In this document: piece after piece, positions 26,571-36,067 of the stretch
How positions within the stretch are numbered: position 1 is the first letter of the stretch
Layout: each line of letters opens with the position of its first letter
Virus record (IMG/VR): IMGVR_UViG_3300033148_006010
Coordinates: 1 to 55,554 of that record
Length of the DNA stretch: 55,554 nt
Reading direction: 5' to 3' (one strand)
Origin: a virus
Taxonomy: Duplodnaviria; Caudoviricetes
Translations under genes and position numbers: made by a program
Notes under the pieces: generated by a model
What the model saw: only the letters and a program-made list of their open reading frames with translations
Told to the model about the DNA's origin: nothing
Databases searched by the model: none

Positions 26571-27566
26571 ATGCAAACACCTGAACAGTTAATTGAAAAA
26601 GCGATAATTCAGACTGGGGATATGTCTGGAACTGGTGAAGGCGGTTTACTACAACCTGAAATAGCGAATAAATTTGTTGATTACGTTATTGACCTTTCGG
26701 TAATGACAAATAATGCGAGGATGGAAAAAATCACACCTGACCAGAAGTATATTGATAAGGTGGCAGTTGGAAGTCGTGTTGCAGAAGCTAAGTCACAAGC
26801 AACAACGACTACTACTCGTAGAGGAATATCTACTGAAAGAGTTACGATAACGTGTAAACAGATTATAGTTCCGTGGGAAATTTCAAAAGAAACTCTTGCT
26901 CGTAATATAGAAGGGGAAGCTTTTGAAGACCATGTAGCAAAAATGATGGCAACACAGTTGTCAAATGACTTGGAAGAGTTGTTTATTACTGGAGATACAG
27001 ACTCTAGCGATGCATTTCTTGCACTTACTGATGGTTGGGCTAAAGATGCTTCTGAAAATGGGCATATTTATGATGCAGAAAGAAAAGACCTTGATAGTGT
27101 TTCTGATGCTAAAACCGTATTCGGGAATATGATACGTTCTATGCCAAATAAGTTTAAGAGAAATCGTGCTAACCTTAGATTTTTTATGGGTACGAATGTT
27201 GCTCAAGACTACATTGATGCACTTTCAGCAAGAGCAACAACGCTTGGAGATAAGGCACTTTCCGAGAGATTCACGCTTACTCCGTTTGGTATAGAATTAG
27301 TTGAAGTTCCGACTATTCCGACTAATCTATCGTATAGTTCTCCGACGTATTCCGATAATTCGTATATATTGCTTACACATTATCAGAATTTGATAGTGGC
27401 TTTCGAGGTTCAGTATGCTGGCTCACAGTCAGGTATTGAATTATTGAAAGATAGGGATATATATAAGAATACACGGCAATATTGTTTACATCTGTCTGCG
27501 GATTGTGCGATACAAGAAGATGATGCTATTGTTTATGCAGAGAATGTTAAATCTGTATCTGGATAA
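26571..27566 (+). CDS. Major capsid protein (HK97 fold, XkdG/YqbE-like)
   Basis: GGLLQPE.ANKF, NIEGEAFEDH, NDLEELFITGDT, DGWAK motifs; position. Confidence 0.93.
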   Translation: MQTPEQLIEKAIIQTGDMSGTGEGGLLQPEIANKFVDYVIDLSVMTNNARMEKITPDQKYIDKVAVGSRVAEAKSQATTTTTRRGISTERVTITCKQIIVPWEISKETLARNIEGEAFEDHVAKMMATQLSNDLEELFITGDTDSSDAFLALTDGWAKDASENGHIYDAERKDLDSVSDAKTVFGNMIRSMPNKFKRNRANLRFFMGTNVAQDYIDALSARATTLGDKALSERFTLTPFGIELVEVPTIPTNLSYSSPTYSDNSYILLTHYQNLIVAFEVQYAGSQSGIELLKDRDIYKNTRQYCLHLSADCAIQEDDAIVYAENVKSVSG

Positions 27567-27586
27567 GAATTAAAAAACTTTAAATA

Positions 27587-27663
27587 TGTATGGGAGTGGT
27601 TAGAATTAATTATGTTAGTAAGAGATTATCTGAAAACTATTAAACATCTAGCCACCCCATACA
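27587..27663 (+). promoter_or_regulatory. Long-loop stem between the capsid gene and glycosyltransferase gene
   Basis: TGTATGGGAGTGGTTAGA pairs with TCTAGCCACCCCATACA (one bulge, one G-U); no U-tract. Confidence 0.5.
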
Positions 27664-27681
27664 GTAAGTTAGGAGAAGAAA

Positions 27682-29604
27682 ATGCGATTTGTTTTAAATG
27701 ATAAATTAGGTAGTTTTAGATTTAGAACTTATACTTTTTTGCCGAAAAAAGTAATAGATGTTATTAATGAAAATGATATATGTGATTTACTAAAAAATAA
27801 AAAAGTAAAAGCTCTTGATTTAAAAGTCGTAAAAACTGAAACTATTCCTATTGTAGAAAAGAAAGCAAAAGAAGGACAATTAAGAATAGGAGCTTTGAGG
27901 GTCGGAGGATTAGGAGATACTTTACAGTTAGGTTGTCATGCTAGAGCTATCAAGCGTAAATTTCCTGCATGCTTTTTAACTGTTTATGTGCGTGATAAAA
28001 TAGCTGTAGAAATTATGCAATATAATAAGTGGATTGATAAAACTATACAAGTTGGTATGCAAAGTTGGGATAATATTGTAGATAGAGAATCTATTAGATA
28101 TGATATTTTTTATGATTTTAGATATGTGGTAAAAGTTATATTTAATACTGATAAATTTCCTAAGTATAAAAAGCAGACTGAAGATATTTTTGAACAGTAT
28201 AAAAAAATATATAATAATTTCTGCAAAAGTAATTATAAATTAGAAAAATTAAATACTAATTTAATAGATTTTAGTAATAAAACTGCATGCTTAGATGGTT
28301 CTGAAAATGATTTAACTTTTGATTTAAAGAATAATTTTTGTGGTTATGCTAGAGTAATGGCGAAACAAAAATATATAACGATTCATGTTTCTTCTGGTAA
28401 ATATAGAATAACTAAATCGTGGAATATTGAAAGATGGCAACAGATTGTTAAATATCTTATTAGTTTGGGTTATACTATTATACAGTTAGGAAGCAAGGGA
28501 GAGCCAGTTATTAACAATGTAGTTGATTTAACTGGATTATCGAATATACAAGAAACTGCTTGGATTTTACATGGTTCGCAATTTCATATAGACACAGAAG
28601 GAGGATTAGTACATTTAGCGAAAGCAGTTAATACTCAATCTATAGTTATATTTGGTGCTACTCCAGTAGAATGTTTTGGTTATAAAGGGAATATTAATAT
28701 TAGAGATAACAGTTGTTCTCCTTGCTGGTATAGAACAATAGACTGGGAGCAAAAATGTCCTGATGGTTACGAAACGCCTATATGTTTAGACAAAATAAGC
28801 GTTGATTTGGTTAAAGAAGCGATTAATGTATTTCATATACAGTTTAAAGACAAAAAGGAAATAGTTAGTAAAATAGAAAGACCTTTAGTTAGTATTATTA
28901 TTCCAGTTTATAATCAATTAAAATATTTGAAAGTTACAATAGATTCGATATTAAATAACACGAAAGAAAATATCGAATTAATTATTATTGATAATGGTTC
29001 TGGAAATGAAGTTAAAGAATATCTTAATAATTATAAAAGCTCGAAGATGATTCATATTATTACTAACGATAAAAATTTAGGATTCGGAAAAGCGAATAAT
29101 CAAGGTGCAAAAAGAGCACAGGGAAAATATTTATTATTTTTAAATAGTGATGTCAAAGTAAGTAATGATTGGCTTACTAAGTTACTTGATGGAATTAATG
29201 AGGAAAAAATTGGCATGGTTGGGGTAGCTGGTGGCAGATTAGATAAAAATTTTAGATGTACTGGTATAGTTAGAACTAATGATGCAAGTTATAATTATTT
29301 AGAAGGATGGTGTTTATTATTAGAAAAGCAATTATTCGATGATATTGGTGGATGGGATGAAAGATTTTTTGCTTTTAGTGAAGATGCAGATTTAAGTTAT
29401 AGAATTAAAAAATGCGGTTATAAATTAAAAATAGTTGAAGGGGTTCATATTCATCATTATAGAAATAGAACGGTTTATAATCAAAATGATTTTGATGTTG
29501 CAAAAATGTCATTAGAAAGTAGTAATAAACTAAAGATAAAAATAAAAAGTAGAGGAGGGAGTAAAAATGAAGTATGCAAAATTAAAGAAAGGCAGTTCTT
29601 ATAG
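27682..29604 (+). CDS. Fusion: YqbF-like N-domain + GT9 (heptosyltransferase-like) + GT2 glycosyltransferase
   Basis: RVGGLGD, KSWNIERW, DLTG, DTEGGLVHLA...IFGAT (GT9); VSIIIPVYN, IDNGS, NLGFGKANNQG, FLNSD, GGWDE...EDADL (GT2). Confidence 0.9.
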   Translation: MRFVLNDKLGSFRFRTYTFLPKKVIDVINENDICDLLKNKKVKALDLKVVKTETIPIVEKKAKEGQLRIGALRVGGLGDTLQLGCHARAIKRKFPACFLTVYVRDKIAVEIMQYNKWIDKTIQVGMQSWDNIVDRESIRYDIFYDFRYVVKVIFNTDKFPKYKKQTEDIFEQYKKIYNNFCKSNYKLEKLNTNLIDFSNKTACLDGSENDLTFDLKNNFCGYARVMAKQKYITIHVSSGKYRITKSWNIERWQQIVKYLISLGYTIIQLGSKGEPVINNVVDLTGLSNIQETAWILHGSQFHIDTEGGLVHLAKAVNTQSIVIFGATPVECFGYKGNINIRDNSCSPCWYRTIDWEQKCPDGYETPICLDKISVDLVKEAINVFHIQFKDKKEIVSKIERPLVSIIIPVYNQLKYLKVTIDSILNNTKENIELIIIDNGSGNEVKEYLNNYKSSKMIHIITNDKNLGFGKANNQGAKRAQGKYLLFLNSDVKVSNDWLTKLLDGINEEKIGMVGVAGGRLDKNFRCTGIVRTNDASYNYLEGWCLLLEKQLFDDIGGWDERFFAFSEDADLSYRIKKCGYKLKIVEGVHIHHYRNRTVYNQNDFDVAKMSLESSNKLKIKIKSRGGSKNEVCKIKERQFL

Positions 29605-30040
29605 AACTAAAGGATATACGTTTAATAAGGGTATTTGGGTTGAAATAAATGAAAATGATGTACAGTATTTAATAGATAATTGTAGTAGTAAAATAGAGTT
29701 TGCTCCTGATGGGATAGTACCTAAAAATGATATACAAGAAACTAATCTTAATGGGATAATTGGAATGCAAGGCGAAGGTAAAAAACAAACTGTTGGCACT
29801 ATTGGTTTTAAAGAAAGTGTAAGAGATGAGTTTTCTGATGCAGAGGAAGCAGAAATAATTAAAGTAAAAGAAAAATATCAGAGAAAAAGAGAAAAAGCAA
29901 TTAAAGTAAAAGAGGAAAAAGAATTGCAAGAAAAAACAGAAAGAGAAAAACAGACAGAAAAAAATAATAAGCCAGAAAGCAAAGGCGATATTTCTGATGC
30001 TCAATATATTCATAAGAAATATAGAAACGAAGGTGATTAA
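29567..30040 (+). CDS. YqbF-like head-associated protein
   Basis: MKYAKLKKGSSYRTKGYTFNKG...YL resembles the Bacillus skin YqbF N-domain, which also follows the capsid gene; charged tail. Confidence 0.6.
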   Translation: MKYAKLKKGSSYRTKGYTFNKGIWVEINENDVQYLIDNCSSKIEFAPDGIVPKNDIQETNLNGIIGMQGEGKKQTVGTIGFKESVRDEFSDAEEAEIIKVKEKYQRKREKAIKVKEEKELQEKTEREKQTEKNNKPESKGDISDAQYIHKKYRNEGD

Positions 30041-30042
30041 AT

Positions 30043-30684
30043 ATGGGGAATTATTATACGTTAGCACAAGCTAGAACTGATGGTATAACTTCATCGGAAG
30101 CTAGTGATGACAAAGTTAATGAAGAAATAAATCGTGCAGAAGAATTACTAGAGAAATGGACTGGGCGTAAATTTTATGCTCGTGATTTAAGTCTAAGTCT
30201 TGATGGTACAGGGAAGGAATGGTTAGATTTAAGTAGGTATCGTCCTATAAATAGTATTAGTTCAGTAGTAATAGATGATGATACAATTAGTGTAGATGAT
30301 TATATAGTTATTTACGAGAATTCAGGAATTTTGAGAATTAAGCGAGAGGGATGGAGTGTTTTTTCTGGACAGCATCAAGCATATTATACTTTTACTAGGG
30401 GTTCTCAGAATATTGATATTGAAGGCAATTTTGGTTTTGAAACAGTACCTTACAATATTAAATATGTAATTAAAAAAATGTTATTCAGAGAGATTCGACC
30501 TAGAGAAAGTTTTGGTAAGTTTGAAAGTGAACATATAGGAAATTATTCTTATAAATTAAATACTGCTAGAAATGCAAGAGGTGGGAAAGGAGAAATTTTA
30601 ACAGGTGACCCTGAATTAGATAGAATTATACATACTTATAAAGATAAAATATCGTTGTTATCTGTTACGAGAGGGTGGCAGTGA
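30043..30684 (+). CDS. Head-tail connector/adaptor
   Basis: E.WTGRKF, DGTG, GFETVP..IK, SEHIGNYSY motifs; position. Confidence 0.85.
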   Translation: MGNYYTLAQARTDGITSSEASDDKVNEEINRAEELLEKWTGRKFYARDLSLSLDGTGKEWLDLSRYRPINSISSVVIDDDTISVDDYIVIYENSGILRIKREGWSVFSGQHQAYYTFTRGSQNIDIEGNFGFETVPYNIKYVIKKMLFREIRPRESFGKFESEHIGNYSYKLNTARNARGGKGEILTGDPELDRIIHTYKDKISLLSVTRGWQ

Positions 30685-31025
30685 GTTTAGATAGTATGTT
30701 TCCTATAACTGATGCAGTAATTAAACAACAGGTAAAGACTTCTGATGGTATGGGGGGTTATACTTTAACGTGGAGTACAAGAGTATCTGCTTATAAATGT
30801 AGAATTTATTCTGCTATAGGTATGATAGAAATTATTCAAACAGGGCAAAATTTATTGGTTACGCATAAATGTATAGGCGAATATAATGCAAATATTATTG
30901 AAGGCGATGCTCTTGTTAATGGAAGCGATAGTTATAGAATAGTACAAATTGATAAGATTTATAATAGGGAAAGAATACATCATTTGGAAATGAGATTGAA
31001 AAAGGAAAATATAATTTATGAGTAA
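30675..31025 (+). CDS. Head closure protein (SPP1 gp16-like)
   Basis: SDGMGGY...W and HHLEM motifs. Confidence 0.85.
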   Translation: MAVSLDSMFPITDAVIKQQVKTSDGMGGYTLTWSTRVSAYKCRIYSAIGMIEIIQTGQNLLVTHKCIGEYNANIIEGDALVNGSDSYRIVQIDKIYNRERIHHLEMRLKKENIIYE

Positions 31026-31506
31026 GGATTTTCTGGTATCAATTAATACTGAACTTTTTGATAAGTCTATTCAAAATTGTATTAATCAAATTAATGCGTG
31101 GGAAGATGATATTGATGATGCAATTCAGGATTTAACTTATTTGGGTGTTTTAAAAATTGCGGCAGAAGCTAAAAAGCATCATGCTTTTAAATCTCAAACA
31201 GGTACTTTGGTTCGTTCTATCCATGTAGCTCCATTTGAAGCCAATCATGATAATGATGAAGCAAGTGCAGAAAATACAAATTTAATAGATTCAAAAGGTA
31301 AAAAAGCTAGCAGAGAAGGAAACAATATTATTGCTCAAATAGGGAGTTGGCTTAGATATGCTTATGCTATTGAAACTGGTAAACATCATGAAGGGGGAAA
31401 ACCTTATCCTTATTTATTACCAGCTTTTGAAAGTAAACATAAAGAAAGTCAAAATTATATTATAAATGGAATTAGAAAAATTTTAGAGAAAAGAGGACAT
31501 ATTTAA
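31018..31506 (+). CDS. Tail completion protein (HK97 gp10-like)
   Basis: TGTLVRSI, YAYAIETG, YPYLLPAFE. Confidence 0.85.
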   Translation: MSKDFLVSINTELFDKSIQNCINQINAWEDDIDDAIQDLTYLGVLKIAAEAKKHHAFKSQTGTLVRSIHVAPFEANHDNDEASAENTNLIDSKGKKASREGNNIIAQIGSWLRYAYAIETGKHHEGGKPYPYLLPAFESKHKESQNYIINGIRKILEKRGHI

Positions 31507-31937
31507 TGCAAGCATTATGGACAGCGATTTGGAATAAACTTAGTAATGATTCTACTCTAGTGAGTTTAATAAATTATACTAGCTCTACTAATACTTTAAA
31601 GAGAGGAAATAGTTGTAAAAAAATTAGTTTTTCGACGACAAAACCTGAAGCCGTTACATTTCAAGAATGGACTGATGTAAGAACTAATAAAACTTCTAAT
31701 GATGGAATGAGAGATATTACTGTTTTATTTGTATGTTGGAGCAAAAGGTCTGATTCAAAGTCTGATATTTTAGCTGATTATTTAATAACTTTACTTGATG
31801 GGGTAGATATTTCTAGCGATGATTTATTAAATTACTATTCTGATTATGATGACTTTAGAAGTTCTCCATATTATGATGATGATGAAAAGGCATGGAGAAT
31901 TGATATTAGATTTCGCTTTAAAGTTGTATTAAAATAA
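31506..31937 (+). CDS. Tail terminator protein
   Basis: AIWNKLSNDSTL start, size and position before the tail tube. Confidence 0.75.
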   Translation: MQALWTAIWNKLSNDSTLVSLINYTSSTNTLKRGNSCKKISFSTTKPEAVTFQEWTDVRTNKTSNDGMRDITVLFVCWSKRSDSKSDILADYLITLLDGVDISSDDLLNYYSDYDDFRSSPYYDDDEKAWRIDIRFRFKVVLK

Positions 31938-31953
31938 AAAGGGGGTGATAAAA

Positions 31954-32460
31954 ATGGGAACGGTTGCTAATGTAGTTGTAAGTGGTACAAGTATAGCATT
32001 GTCTATTGATGATACTGATGTAGGTTATACAGAAGATGGCGTTGCTGTAGAACATACTAAGGAGTATATGGATATTGAAGCTGACCAATCCGTTGATATT
32101 CTAGGTAAAAAGGTTGTGCGTGAAATATGCCGTGTTACTGTTAATGTAGAAGAAGCTACACTTGACAATATAAAGATAGCAATGGGTGAGGAAAATTCTA
32201 TATCAAATGATGGAAGTTGGAAACGTCTATCATTTGGTGGTGGAAGCACAGAACAAGAACATGAATTGCTATTTACTGGTAAAGCTCCGGGTACGAGTAA
32301 GACAAGAAAACTTCACATTTATAAGGCTATAAGTGTAGAGTCTATTGAAACTTCGTATAAAAAAGGTGAAAAGACATTAGTACCAATAGTCTTTCAGGCA
32401 ATAGCTGATACTGATAAGCCTGCAGGCAGACAGTATGGTTATTATGAAGATGAAATATAA
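31954..32460 (+). CDS. Major tail tube protein
   Basis: DVGYTEDGV, EATLDNIKIA, LSFGGG; GGGGG RBS before ATG 31954. Confidence 0.88.
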   Translation: MGTVANVVVSGTSIALSIDDTDVGYTEDGVAVEHTKEYMDIEADQSVDILGKKVVREICRVTVNVEEATLDNIKIAMGEENSISNDGSWKRLSFGGGSTEQEHELLFTGKAPGTSKTRKLHIYKAISVESIETSYKKGEKTLVPIVFQAIADTDKPAGRQYGYYEDEI

Positions 32461-32475
32461 ATAAAGGAGTAGATT

Positions 32476-32772
32476 ATGGAAAATAAAAATAAAGATAGTT
32501 ACAAATATGAATATGCATTTAGTAATTTTTATCTTACTGCATTTTTGACTTGTGAACATGCACATCTTGTAAAGATAGTGATGGTAGATAAAAATAAAAA
32601 GAAATGCGAATTTATATTGAGAAGTAATGTTGAATTAGAACCTATAGCAAGGGATTATTTTAATGGTAAAATTAAGATAGACCCTCAAAAGCATAAGGAA
32701 AAAATCGTTGCATTGAAGTCTGCATTACATGAAGTCTTAGAAAAGAATGGAGATAATAAAAATGGAAAATAA
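32476..32772 (+). CDS. Small protein (DUF5659-like)
   Basis: AAGGAG RBS; FYLTAFL...F...YFNG...IDP pattern. Confidence 0.55.
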   Translation: MENKNKDSYKYEYAFSNFYLTAFLTCEHAHLVKIVMVDKNKKKCEFILRSNVELEPIARDYFNGKIKIDPQKHKEKIVALKSALHEVLEKNGDNKNGK

Positions 32773-33166
32773 AAATAATGAATTAAAGCAGTTGTTTCCG
32801 ACGGCAAAGGAAGTAAAAATTGCGGATAAGGTTTTCTTTGTTAAACCTATGGTATGGACGGATATTGTTGCAGTTGTAGAATCTATTGTTGAAGCTATAG
32901 CTAAAATAAATGATAAAAACCCAGACCTTGATTTAGAAAAGTTTGATATAAAAAAAGACCTTATTAAACTTATACCAATTACAGATGAAATTCTAAATAT
33001 ATTTGCTAGGTGGTTGAAAGTAGATTATAAATGGTTAAAAGATAGTTTAACTATAAAGAATCTTATACAATTACTACAGGATTTCATTGATATTAATGAA
33101 ATTAATGAGGTTAAGTCGCTTTTTTTCGGACTAAAACTCAAGGTTCAGGAAGTAATAAAGAAATAG
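32762..33166 (+). CDS. Tail assembly chaperone (gpG-like)
   Basis: Between tail tube and tape measure; GGAG RBS before ATG 32762; slippery site near its 3' end. Confidence 0.85.
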   Translation: MENKNNELKQLFPTAKEVKIADKVFFVKPMVWTDIVAVVESIVEAIAKINDKNPDLDLEKFDIKKDLIKLIPITDEILNIFARWLKVDYKWLKDSLTIKNLIQLLQDFIDINEINEVKSLFFGLKLKVQEVIKK

Positions 33167-33453
33167 TTTGGGCTGATATTGTAACACGGCTACGAACATA
33201 TTGGACTTTGGGTGAGATTGAGCAGTTTTCGATAATACAGTTTAAATATTATTTAGATGCTTTAAATAGAAAAAGACTTAATGATAATATAGATAGGGCT
33301 AATATAATTCGTATGGCGGTAAATGCGAAGGATAGAGATTACAATAGGTTTATAAGAAGTTTGGAAAGGATTAAAGCACGAAGCGGATTGTTGCAAGATA
33401 AAAAAGTAACAGAAAAAGATATGCAAAAATTAGGAATAGGTAAAAAGAGGTAA
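33121..33453 (+). CDS. Tail assembly chaperone extension (gpT-like), reached by -1 ribosomal frameshift
   Basis: T TTT TTC heptamer at 33121-33127; the -1 frame is open from there (RTKTQGSGSNKEIVW...) into ORF 33208..33453. Confidence 0.85.
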   Translation, partial: FFRTKTQGSGSNKEIVWADIVTRLRTYWTLGEIEQFSIIQFKYYLDALNRKRLNDNIDRANIIRMAVNAKDRDYNRFIRSLERIKARSGLLQDKKVTEKDMQKLGIGKKR

Positions 33454-33454
33454 T

Positions 33455-36067
33455 ATGGCTACTATTGGAGAAGCGGTTTTAGAATTTAGAACTCAACTTA
33501 CTAATTTTAAGAAGGGTATGGATGAGGCTAAAACTAGCTTAGGTAAATTCGGTGCGGCTGTTAGAGATAATGCACAAGGATTTAGAAATGCTGGTATTGC
33601 TATCGGTGCTTTTTCTGCGGCAGTAATTGGATTAGGAACAAAGGGAGTAATGTCTGCGGCTAAGTTTGAATCACAACTACAAAATGTTGCTACTATGTTG
33701 GACAATACAACAATGAAATTTATGCCTGAATATAAAAAGGGCTTAGAAAATTTAGCACAGAAATATGGAGAATCCACAGCAACATTATCTAAAGGCTTGT
33801 ATGATATTTTATCTGCAAGTGTTGATGCTGAAAAAGCATTAGACGTATTGGACGCTTCTGCTCAATTAGCAAGAGGGGGTTTAACTGATACAGGGGTTGC
33901 GGCGGATGCTTTGACTACAATTATAAATGCTTATCAAATGTCAGCAGATAAAGCTACAGATATTAGCGATTTACTTTTTGCTGTTGTTAAACGTGGTAAA
34001 ACTACTATGGGGGAGTTAGCTCCTGCTGTTGGTATGGTTGCAACGACAGCTTCTACTGCTGGATTAAGTTTAGAAGAAATGGGAGCTATGCTTGCTACTA
34101 TGACAAGAAGTGGTTTAAATACTAGAACCGCTGTTGTATCTTTAAATATGGCAATGACGGGAATATTAAAACCTACTAAACAGGCGAAGGAAGCGGCGAA
34201 AGAATTAGGGCTTGAATTGAATACTACTACATTGCGGGAAAAAGGATTAATTGGAATGGTAGATATTTTAAATACTGCTACCGACGAACAACTTGCAAGG
34301 ATTTTCCCTAATATCCGTGCATTTCGTGGTTTGGCAGTTGCTTTAAATGATACTACTGGATATGAGAAAGATTTACAGATAATGACAAATAGAACAGGAT
34401 ATACTCAAGAAGCGTTCGGAAAACAAACAGATACTGTAACATTTTCATTTGAAGTATTTACTCAAAAAGTAGAGGCTTTGTGGAGAAAATTAGGAGAAAC
34501 CTTATTACCTGCTGTAGAAACAGGAATAGATTATTTTTCTGAATTTATTGATTATATTAATGATACTAATACTGCATTTACAAAAATAATTGTTGTTGGG
34601 GGGGCATTTATAGGTATATTAGGAGTAATGTTATCACCAATATTGTTAATGATTGGTTATTTGCCACAGATTGCCTTAGGATTTAAAGCCATTGGTTCTG
34701 CATTAACGTTACTTTCTGCACATCCTATAATTGCATTAGCAATTGCTGTAGTGGGATTAGGTACTATTTTTACTAAATATTTTAACAGAAGAATAGACCA
34801 ACAACTTACAGAACAAGAAAATGAATTACGATTAAGTAAAACTATTAAAGGGCGTATAAAGCTTATTAAAAAAGAGATGGAAGAAATTAAGACACTTGCT
34901 ACTAGTGCAGAAGTTAATGAAAAATATAGAATAGAATTGTTAGAAAATTACAACAAAAAACAGAAACAATTGAAATTTTATGAACAGAAGCTTGCAGAAG
35001 AAACTGAAAAGAAAAAAACAGAAGCGGCAAGAATAGAAGCTGAAAAACAGAAACAAATAGACAAAGAACAATCTAAGATTAAAGAAGCTCAAGCTGGAGC
35101 AGAAGCTGAAAGATTAGCGGCAATTAAACAAGCAGAGTTAGATAGAAAAGCAGAAGCACAAAGAATGTATGATGAGGCAATGTATGAACATCAAGTTGAG
35201 CAAGGACAAATAACACTTGAACAGCAACGAATTGACCTTGAACAGCAACTAGCTAATGTACGAGGAAATCTTATAAAAGAATTAGAAGTAAAAAGGAAAA
35301 TATGGCAATTAGAAACTAAAATAGCAGGAGAAAGGTCAAAAACAATTGTTGGTGGATTTAAGAAAGCCATAGAAGAAATGAAAAAAAAGCAAATTGATTG
35401 GGCAAATAATTTTACTCAATTGTTTAATGATATTCAAGATTCTTTTAAATCCGGTATTGTCAATATGCTTAAAGGTGCTAATAATTTTAAAGAAGGCATT
35501 AAGACAATTACAGATGGTATTAAAAATGCATTTTTTGACATGATAGCTAAGGTAATAGCTGAATGGATAATGCAACATATTATTATGAAAGCAATTACAA
35601 AGGCATGGAAAGTCTATGAGATTAAAAGTGCGGCAGGAGTAGCCGCAGCTAGAGCTGCCGCCGCCGCCGCATGGTCTTTGTTTGCATCTGTTGCAATAGG
35701 AGCCGCAGTAGGAGCCGCAGTAATAGCAATGGCTAATCAATTCAGGGATGGTGTTAGAAACTTTGAAGGTGGTATGGCGATTGTAGGTGAACAAGGAGCC
35801 GAACTTGTAAGTTTACCTAAAGGGAGTAATGTTTATAGTCATAGCGATTCTTTAGGAATTGCAAGAAATATAAGAACAAATGCAGGTTCAGGAAATATTG
35901 TAAAGTTGGGTGATATAAATATTGATATTGCAAGTGTAAGTAAAGATAATATTAGTGAAATATGTGACCAATTAACGGAAGCTGTAAAAGAGGGAAATAT
36001 GCCAGCGATAAATTTGGTTAAGGCGATTAGTAAAGAGGGCGGTTTTAGAAGTGATGAGGTATATTAA
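33455..36067 (+). CDS. Tape measure protein (TP901-like core)
   Basis: 870 aa Ala-rich helical protein; GLYDILSA, GKTTMGELA, VGEQGAELV motifs. Confidence 0.95.
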   Translation: MATIGEAVLEFRTQLTNFKKGMDEAKTSLGKFGAAVRDNAQGFRNAGIAIGAFSAAVIGLGTKGVMSAAKFESQLQNVATMLDNTTMKFMPEYKKGLENLAQKYGESTATLSKGLYDILSASVDAEKALDVLDASAQLARGGLTDTGVAADALTTIINAYQMSADKATDISDLLFAVVKRGKTTMGELAPAVGMVATTASTAGLSLEEMGAMLATMTRSGLNTRTAVVSLNMAMTGILKPTKQAKEAAKELGLELNTTTLREKGLIGMVDILNTATDEQLARIFPNIRAFRGLAVALNDTTGYEKDLQIMTNRTGYTQEAFGKQTDTVTFSFEVFTQKVEALWRKLGETLLPAVETGIDYFSEFIDYINDTNTAFTKIIVVGGAFIGILGVMLSPILLMIGYLPQIALGFKAIGSALTLLSAHPIIALAIAVVGLGTIFTKYFNRRIDQQLTEQENELRLSKTIKGRIKLIKKEMEEIKTLATSAEVNEKYRIELLENYNKKQKQLKFYEQKLAEETEKKKTEAARIEAEKQKQIDKEQSKIKEAQAGAEAERLAAIKQAELDRKAEAQRMYDEAMYEHQVEQGQITLEQQRIDLEQQLANVRGNLIKELEVKRKIWQLETKIAGERSKTIVGGFKKAIEEMKKKQIDWANNFTQLFNDIQDSFKSGIVNMLKGANNFKEGIKTITDGIKNAFFDMIAKVIAEWIMQHIIMKAITKAWKVYEIKSAAGVAAARAAAAAAWSLFASVAIGAAVGAAVIAMANQFRDGVRNFEGGMAIVGEQGAELVSLPKGSNVYSHSDSLGIARNIRTNAGSGNIVKLGDINIDIASVSKDNISEICDQLTEAVKEGNMPAINLVKAISKEGGFRSDEVY

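Noticed and set aside
35628-35722. GC-rich GCC/GCA repeat tract
   Set aside because: It encodes an Ala-rich segment of the tape measure protein and stays in frame
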